Source: Planctomycetota bacterium
Lineage (GTDB): Bacteria > Planctomycetota > MHYJ01 > WSZJ01
Direction of reading: 5' to 3'
DNA: 64,000 nucleotides
Assembly: GCA_038060895.1 (NCBI GenBank)
Contig: JBBTCT010000026.1
Coordinates: 39,386-103,385, forward strand
Made by a program: the position numbers and the translations under genes
Notes under the pieces: model-generated
What the model was told of the DNA's origin: nothing
Seen by the model: only the letters and a program-made list of their open reading frames with translations
Databases searched by the model: none
Part shown: positions 58,606 through 64,000 of the stretch, one piece after another
How the letters are laid out: every line of letters begins with the position of its first letter
How positions within the stretch are numbered: the first letter of the stretch is position 1

Positions 58606-59121
58606 TTAGATCTCCGGCCTACCCGGGAAGATCGGCGTGTCGATCGTAAGGAAGACCGCGCTGACCTCCAGGGTGCGCTCGTCGAGCAGTAGATACCCCT
58701 TCCTCTCCCGCTCCCCGATCCGCGCGAAGAATCGGGAAAGGTCGACGCCGAGGTCGATGGCATCCAGGCAGCGCGCGGGCTTGGATCCGCCAACCTGCTC
58801 GAACGTCAGCGTGACCGTTGCCGGCGCTCTCGGAAGGGCAGGCAAAAGAAACTCGCCGGCCGAGGGCGGCATCATCCGGCGGACCGCCCGCGCCAGCGGG
58901 CCGACCTTCTCCGACAATCGGCGCAGGTCAAAGCCGAATTCGCGCAGCAGCTTGCGAGTGACCCGTGCCGTCCGAGACTGGTCTTCCACGCGTGCTTCGA
59001 GCGTGCACCTGAGTCGCAACGGGTACCCCTTGGCCGGTAGCTCCCAGCCGTGAGTCAGGGAGAGCCGACCGAGGGACTTCCCTGAGGGAAAGAGTCGGAC
59101 GAAGTAGTGAGCCATTTCCAT
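58606..59121 (-). CDS. Hypothetical protein
   Basis: AGGAG directly upstream. ORF converges on the XRE gene. Confidence 0.55.
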   Translation of the reverse strand: MEMAHYFVRLFPSGKSLGRLSLTHGWELPAKGYPLRLRCTLEARVEDQSRTARVTRKLLREFGFDLRRLSEKVGPLARAVRRMMPPSAGEFLLPALPRAPATVTLTFEQVGGSKPARCLDAIDLGVDLSRFFARIGERERKGYLLLDERTLEVSAVFLTIDTPIFPGRPEI

Positions 59122-59210
59122 CTCCTGTTCCGTGGTGTCCGTCGGCCTGGGTCCTCGTGCAACGTGCTTCTTGGTGCGAACGAACCTTAGGCGCGTCGAC
59201 CACGGCGGTT

Positions 59211-59690
59211 TCACGGGGCGGAGGCCCTCGGAATTAACGCGGGAGGGATTCCCGGCCAGGCGACCGCCATCAGCGTCAGCCCGATCCAATACACACGAGA
59301 AGGCCTGTGCCTTCTTCGAAACATCGAGAACCCTGATTGAGGGCCGACCGCGATCCAAAACGAGCGGAGGTCTCCGTACTGCAGTTCATCCAGTAGCCGA
59401 AGTTCCCGCCCGCCTGCGGATTCGACCGTCAGAATCTGCTCGTCGAAGCGTTGCGGCTCAAGGAAACCGGCAGTGCGCTTGTGACTCTCCGGCGGCGAAC
59501 CACGGATGCGGGACATGCCGAAGCGTTCCAGCAGGAAGTGCGCGAGGAGTCCGCGAGCGCTCGTCCGGTCCCCCTCACGCGCCTGGCAGCTGAGGCAGAA
59601 CACGCCGCCGGACGTGCGTGGATGATCGAATTCGCTGCCAGAGAGTACGGCCAGCTCATTTCGGTCGGGCCAGGTGCGGATCGTCCACAT
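59211..59690 (-). CDS. Hypothetical protein
   Basis: GGAGG RBS, and preceded by the conserved GCTGACA-N16-GTCTCAC motif. Confidence 0.55.
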   Translation of the reverse strand: MWTIRTWPDRNELAVLSGSEFDHPRTSGGVFCLSCQAREGDRTSARGLLAHFLLERFGMSRIRGSPPESHKRTAGFLEPQRFDEQILTVESAGGRELRLLDELQYGDLRSFWIAVGPQSGFSMFRRRHRPSRVYWIGLTLMAVAWPGIPPALIPRASAP

Positions 59691-59716
59691 CGTGTCTCCT
59701 CCGGATCAAGTGATCC

Positions 59717-59749
59717 CGAGTGAGACCGGTGAGTCCGGCAGCTGTCAGC
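59717..59749 (-). promoter_or_regulatory. Bipartite motif copy D
   Basis: GCTGACA-N16-GTCTCACTCG. Confidence 0.6.
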
Positions 59750-59924
59750 AACCGTCCGGAAAATCGCCTTTGACTGCAATCAATGCAAAAGAACGAGCGG
59801 ACGGAGCGCACGCCCCTGCATGCGCAGCGCAGAAATCTGGCCCGCGCTTTCCGTACCGCTCGCGCGCGGAGACTACCAGATTATCGGTCGACCGATGCGA
59901 GTGCGGATTCATCGATCGTCCACT

Positions 59925-60509
59925 TCACGGCCAGCGGCCAAGCTCGCCCCGTCCGCACATGAATGGCCCTCGCGGACCGCACCCGTGCGAGGCCATCACC
60001 TGTTCGGTGTTCTGATCAGGAGGCCACAGGTGCTTGATACTGGGCACGATCGGCTCGAACTTGTCGAGCGTGATGCCGGGGAGGCGGGAGTTGAAAACTT
60101 TGACGACGGCATCGCCGGGCTCGCCGACGATGACGGCGTCGTAACTGTGATCCCACCGACGGTCCAAAGTCGTGAAGAGGCCGTTGGCGACGACGAAGAT
60201 GTCGCCGCGGCGCTTGAGCATTTTCGCAAGATTCTCGGCGATCCAGGCATTCCCCCAGTCCACTGTCGGGAGCAGGACGTCGGCCGTCTGGATGACGACC
60301 ATCTTCGGTTTCCAGGACAAGATCTGCTCGTACATCTCGCCGTAGAGCGAAGACCGGCCGTCGACGACCGGCTTGAACCACTCGTCGAACTGTTCGAAGA
60401 GTCTTTTCCAACGCAGATAGACGGCGCCGTTGGGGGGCGCGGGGACGTGATCGGCGTTGTAGACGACGTGGCTGATGCCGGCTTTCTCGAGCTGCGCCGA
60501 CATGTACAT
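59925..60509 (-). pseudogene. Truncated B12-binding radical SAM gene fragment
   Basis: B12-binding-like domain (YMSAQLEKAG..YNAD; DAVIVGEP), then VMASHGC with the CxxxCxxC motif broken and a stop shortly after. Confidence 0.6.
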
Positions 60510-60798
60510 CTGGCTGATCGAGGCTTTGTTGTTTTCCTGGGCGTCGTTTCGCCGTTGCCGTCCTCGGGGAGGGCCGGTGAGTGCGCGCTCCGCATTGGTC
60601 GCGCGCGAACCGGCCCTCCCCCCGGACGGGGCCTTGCCCGAAGAGGCGCAAGCGTCAGGATCTCAGTCGAACGCCCGCGACTCTCGAGATCCGCGGGGCG
60701 CCGAAGGGACGAGCACGAGGAACCTCACGCTGACTCCCCGTACCCGTCCTCTTCGTCAAAGACACCGCCTGCTGTCCTCAATATCCGACGATACCGCG

Positions 60799-61476
60799 CT
60801 AGGGGCAGTTCATCGAATCCCTGCATGCCTGCGCGTTTTCAAACCTACGACGGCCCCGCCGGAGAAGCCGCTCGGCCCACTGATTGACCGGACGAAGCCC
60901 AACGTCAACGAGTCCATTTTCAGCTCCGACCGCGAATTTCGCGATGTGCCAACAGTCGAGATCGAGGGCAGCGTCCTCGAAGGCGCCGAGGATCATTTCC
61001 TCCGTGATGTTGATGACGTTCGGGCCAGCCGGAAATCTCCGCGCGCGTTTCTTTCCGAACTTCTGCCCCTCGCGCCAGCACAAGGGGAACCTGCGAGGGA
61101 TTGCCAGCTGCGGACAGTTGAAACCCGGCATCTCGCTGAAGCCGATCTGGAAGGGCGCTCCGCGCCGAAGCAGGTTCTCGACTTCCGCCCAGAAGCCGTA
61201 TCCGTGCGAGAGACCGCTCAGCGACCGCGTCTTGTCCGCCGCGTGACACATTTCGTGAAGAAGCGTGCGCCGAACGCTCCGGTCGGATCCGTGGCGCCCC
61301 ACGTCGATGACGATCCTGCCATCTTCGCTGTTGCAGAACCCGATGCAGTCGCCGTCCGACTTCTTCATCGGCCGGGCCTGCACCAAGAAGGGCGGCACCT
61401 TTCCGTCCCAATAACGATCGTTGTACTTCTGAAACAACTCCGACAACCGCTCACTCGTCCACTTTGCCCTGTTCAT
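60799..61476 (-). CDS. SprT-like zinc metalloprotease
   Basis: LFQKYNDRYWDGKVP, TLLHEMCHA and HGYGFW. Confidence 0.85.
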   Translation of the reverse strand: MNRAKWTSERLSELFQKYNDRYWDGKVPPFLVQARPMKKSDGDCIGFCNSEDGRIVIDVGRHGSDRSVRRTLLHEMCHAADKTRSLSGLSHGYGFWAEVENLLRRGAPFQIGFSEMPGFNCPQLAIPRRFPLCWREGQKFGKKRARRFPAGPNVINITEEMILGAFEDAALDLDCWHIAKFAVGAENGLVDVGLRPVNQWAERLLRRGRRRFENAQACRDSMNCP

Positions 61477-61554
61477 ACCCGCCTCCTGAATGGGCCCCCG
61501 TTTGCGGGGGCGGTTAGGACGGGTAAGACATTCAGAGAGGCATCGTTGTCAGCG
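61477..61554 (-). promoter_or_regulatory. Bipartite motif plus leader hairpin, copy C
   Basis: CGCTGACA-N17-GTCTTACCCG..CCCCCG-caaa-CGGGGG..GGAGG-ATG. Confidence 0.75.
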
Positions 61555-61615
61555 CGCAGAACTGAATTCCGTAACCCTTGACTGGGCAGAAGGTTGAACG
61601 GGCTTGGACACCTGT

Positions 61616-61888
61616 TCAGACTCCGTCCGAGCGGTCTACGAATTCTTCGAGTTCCTCCTGACTGTTGATGTCCAGCTCGACAAGGCACCTGTCGATCCTC
61701 TTGAGCGGCACGGCGCAGCGCCTGGCGATCTCCGCCTTGTCCGAGGGACCGCCGCTTCCGCAAGGACCGTTGAGGACCATCAGCACCAGCTTGGCCTGAG
61801 GGGAAAGCGTCGGGTCGGCGAGCAGTTCGCCGAAGATTGCGTACGGCGCTCCACGACCCTCTTTCACGTGCATGCTTCCTTCCATCAT
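61616..61888 (-). CDS. Small winged-helix/HTH protein
   Basis: LLADPTLSPQAKLVLMVL..KAEIARRCAVPLKRIDRCLVEL. Confidence 0.65.
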   Translation of the reverse strand: MMEGSMHVKEGRGAPYAIFGELLADPTLSPQAKLVLMVLNGPCGSGGPSDKAEIARRCAVPLKRIDRCLVELDINSQEELEEFVDRSDGV

Positions 61889-61964
61889 CAGACGGTCACC
61901 TTTGAATGCCCCGTTTCCGGGTGGGTAAGCGGGTAAGACAGGCGTGGGCACCCACTTCTCAGCG
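61889..61964 (-). promoter_or_regulatory. Bipartite motif plus leader hairpin, copy B
   Basis: CGCTGAGA-N17-GTCTTACCCG..CCCGGAAACGGG..TTCAAAGG. Confidence 0.7.
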
Positions 61965-62032
61965 CTTTAGGCGGAATTTCAGCAAGGGCCTGCAGCGCGT
62001 CTGGCCCTCGGGCCAGAAGGGTCCACCACCTC

Positions 62033-62704
62033 TCAACCACGTTTCACCTCCGTCGGCATATCCAGCCGGGCCCGAAATTCGTTGAAGTGCCGTTCGCCAC
62101 AACGAAGGATCCGCGCGGCTCGAACATTGATCGGCTGGAGGCCGACATCGATGAGGCCGAAGACACATCCCACTGATTCTCTTGCCACGGGCCAGTCCGG
62201 GGTGAACTTTGCCGCGTGCTCGATCGCTTCTTTGATGAAGGCTCGGGGCACGTCAAGGAAGGAACTCTGGGGCTCGCACAATTCCAGCTCTTCCGCGGCG
62301 GCTCGGGCATGCGGGAATCTGAGCGGGAGGGCAAGGACAGGATTTCGAAAGCCCGGCATGTCGCCCTCTGTAACTGGATACGGAACGCCCTTCCGCATGA
62401 GCATCTCGACCTGCTCCCAGAAGCCGTACCCGTGCCGATAGTTGCCGGGCCCGGCGGACGCGTCGGCGGCGTGGCACATTTCGTGAAGAAGGGCGTGCAT
62501 GATTTCCGCGTCATTCTTGAAGGTGAACGTGTCGATCACTATCTCGCGGTGGCCCTTGTCGATTGTTCCCCCGCAACCTTCCTTGTAGCTCGACAGCCGC
62601 CGCGCCCGGATCTTGTAGCGCGAAAGCTTCCCGTCCCAGAACGTGTCGTTGAACTCCTCGAACCGCCGCTCCAGCGATGCCCGGTTCCACTTGGACTGCC
62701 TCAT
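62033..62704 (-). CDS. SprT-like zinc metalloprotease (paralog)
   Basis: FEEFNDTFWDGKL, ALLHEMCHA and HGYGFW. Confidence 0.85.
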   Translation of the reverse strand: MRQSKWNRASLERRFEEFNDTFWDGKLSRYKIRARRLSSYKEGCGGTIDKGHREIVIDTFTFKNDAEIMHALLHEMCHAADASAGPGNYRHGYGFWEQVEMLMRKGVPYPVTEGDMPGFRNPVLALPLRFPHARAAAEELELCEPQSSFLDVPRAFIKEAIEHAAKFTPDWPVARESVGCVFGLIDVGLQPINVRAARILRCGERHFNEFRARLDMPTEVKRG

Positions 62705-62778
62705 CTCCGCCTCCTTTGAAGGCCCCGTTGCCGGGGTGGTTAGGCGGGTAAGACCATACTGGCGGCTGGCTGTCAGCG
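62705..62778 (-). promoter_or_regulatory. Bipartite motif plus leader hairpin, copy A
   Basis: CGCTGACA-N16-GTCTTACCCG..CCCCG-gcaa-CGGGG..TTCAAAGGAGG-ATG. Confidence 0.75.
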
Positions 62779-62881
62779 TTCGGACGCAGATTCCCTTCGT
62801 CGGGAGCGAGACGTCGACCGGCTGAGGATGAAATTTGGTCGTCACCCTCAGCACGATCGACACGCCCTGCACGCCGCTCGA

Positions 62882-64000
62882 CTATGACTTGTCACTCAGC
62901 CACCATCGCTGGCCACCGTTGCCACGCCCAACGCTGCGCAGCACCAGTCCGCTCACCGGCTGGTCAATCCGCTGGCTCAACAGCTGGCCGATTGCTCTCG
63001 GGGACAGCGCCTTGCCGTCGTCGCTCACACACTCCTCCCGCAGAATCTTCATCAGCCCTGCGTGCGCGACCTCCTGCGTCGGAGTTTCCGCCCGGAACTC
63101 CAGGAGCTGTTTCGTTGTCACTTTTCGCTCCCCGATTGCGACGTGCCAGCAGGAAAGCAGCCCGGTCTCGTACTCCCTCGGGGATGCGCTCGTCGACCCA
63201 ATTGCCTGATCAGCGCCGCGATCGGAAACGTGCCCGTTGGTGACCACGGGAGTACAGATCCCCGTCGGCCGGATTTCCACTGCCGCGGCGCTCGCTCTCG
63301 GGTCCTCCATTCCAATCCAGATCAGAGCGCCGCGCACCAGCCTGCTCCAGTCTTCGAAGGATCCGAACCCGGAGAGGCCCGGCTTCTGAGGACAGCCTTC
63401 GGTGATGTAGGCACGCAGGATGGTGTGGCCGGCCGAGACCAGGCTGCCACGGCTCGCCCCGACCCAGTCGAGGAGCGGGTCGTGACGGAAACCCGTCCTG
63501 AGTTGAGGCTCGTCCATGCTCGAGGCCAGATTGATGCGGACAACTCGCCGATCCATCTCCGTCCCGGTCTTGACGTCCACCCCCGTTGCGAACCAGGTCC
63601 CGCACATCTTCGCCCTTTTGAAGCGGAACTGGTGAGGGGTCCGCTCGATCAACTCGCAGCCGGTCAGCGCACCTTCCAATTCTGACGACTCGAGCCGATC
63701 TCTAACGTTGTCCAGCAACGCGATCGGTTCCTGCGTTGCAGCTGTCGTGAAGATTAGCTTCCGCATTTCGGATTCGTCCGTACGAAACGAGTTTCGAGGT
63801 GCTTCCCTCCCGCACGCGATCTTGGAGATGACGTCGACCAGCATCGACTTCCCCTCACTCGGCTTGGGTGAAGTAACCACGAACATCGGGGAAGTCCGCA
63901 GCTGGTGGCGGACGAGAGCCGTCAGGATCGCGGCCAGCGCAGCCGTGTGCCTGGCGGCTGTGATTAGCGGCTCAGCCCTGGAAATCCCCTGACACGCCTG
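62882..64000 (-). CDS. Phage/plasmid primase-associated P-loop helicase C-terminal part (5' truncated by window)
   Basis: Frame is open to the window edge. AALAAILTALVR, Walker A-like SPKPSEGKS, LLDNV, FATG, RRVVRI and FGSFEDWSRLVRGAL. Confidence 0.75.
   Translation of the reverse strand, partial: QACQGISRAEPLITAARHTAALAAILTALVRHQLRTSPMFVVTSPKPSEGKSMLVDVISKIACGREAPRNSFRTDESEMRKLIFTTAATQEPIALLDNVRDRLESSELEGALTGCELIERTPHQFRFKRAKMCGTWFATGVDVKTGTEMDRRVVRINLASSMDEPQLRTGFRHDPLLDWVGASRGSLVSAGHTILRAYITEGCPQKPGLSGFGSFEDWSRLVRGALIWIGMEDPRASAAAVEIRPTGICTPVVTNGHVSDRGADQAIGSTSASPREYETGLLSCWHVAIGERKVTTKQLLEFRAETPTQEVAHAGLMKILREECVSDDGKALSPRAIGQLLSQRIDQPVSGLVLRSVGRGNGGQRWWLSDKS

Larger units (their letters stand above)
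36733..64000. mobile_element. Composite genomic island(s) at tRNA-Arg(CCT), including an integrative element with Int/Xis/RT/primase (right end outside the window)
   Basis: tRNA fragments, integrase, excisionase, primase-helicase, defence cargo, and visibly more A/T-ending codons than the left half. Confidence 0.8.

Noticed and set aside
61477-62778. CRISPR-like or classical integron attC repeats
   Set aside because: Repeats are hundreds of bp apart, lie 5' of genes with SD sequences, and lack RYYYAAC/GTTRRRY ends. The integrase shows no obvious IntI-specific insertion.

Overview
High-GC bacterial DNA. A Planctomycetota-like origin is inferred only from the large membrane Ser/Thr kinases and the kinase-FGE fusion. 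Positions 1 to ~36.7 kb look like ordinary core genome: DUF899, YceI, VOC proteins, two tandem Ser/Thr kinases, four GT4 glycosyltransferases, Sua5, MMPL, S9 peptidase, methyltransferase, WcaJ-type transferase, GT-C, a sigma-70 factor and two cold-shock genes, plus several long intergenic hairpins. From ~36.7 kb to the window end is an accessory region built around tRNA-Arg(CCT), present as one intact gene, two promoter-bearing 5' halves and one decayed 3' half. It carries defence-type cargo (a PNP/nucleosidase fusion and a PHP-ATPase) and a minus-strand integrative element that runs off the window. The most striking feature is a co-oriented module at 49.3-53.5 kb: MerR-like HTH, excisionase, group II-like reverse transcriptase with no visible intron RNA, tyrosine integrase and RNase HI. 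This is the enzyme set of a tyrosine-recombinase retroelement. The same element has a bipartite motif (GCTGACA-N16/17-GTCTYAC) upstream of four genes. All family calls come from motif recognition by eye; no database searches were run.
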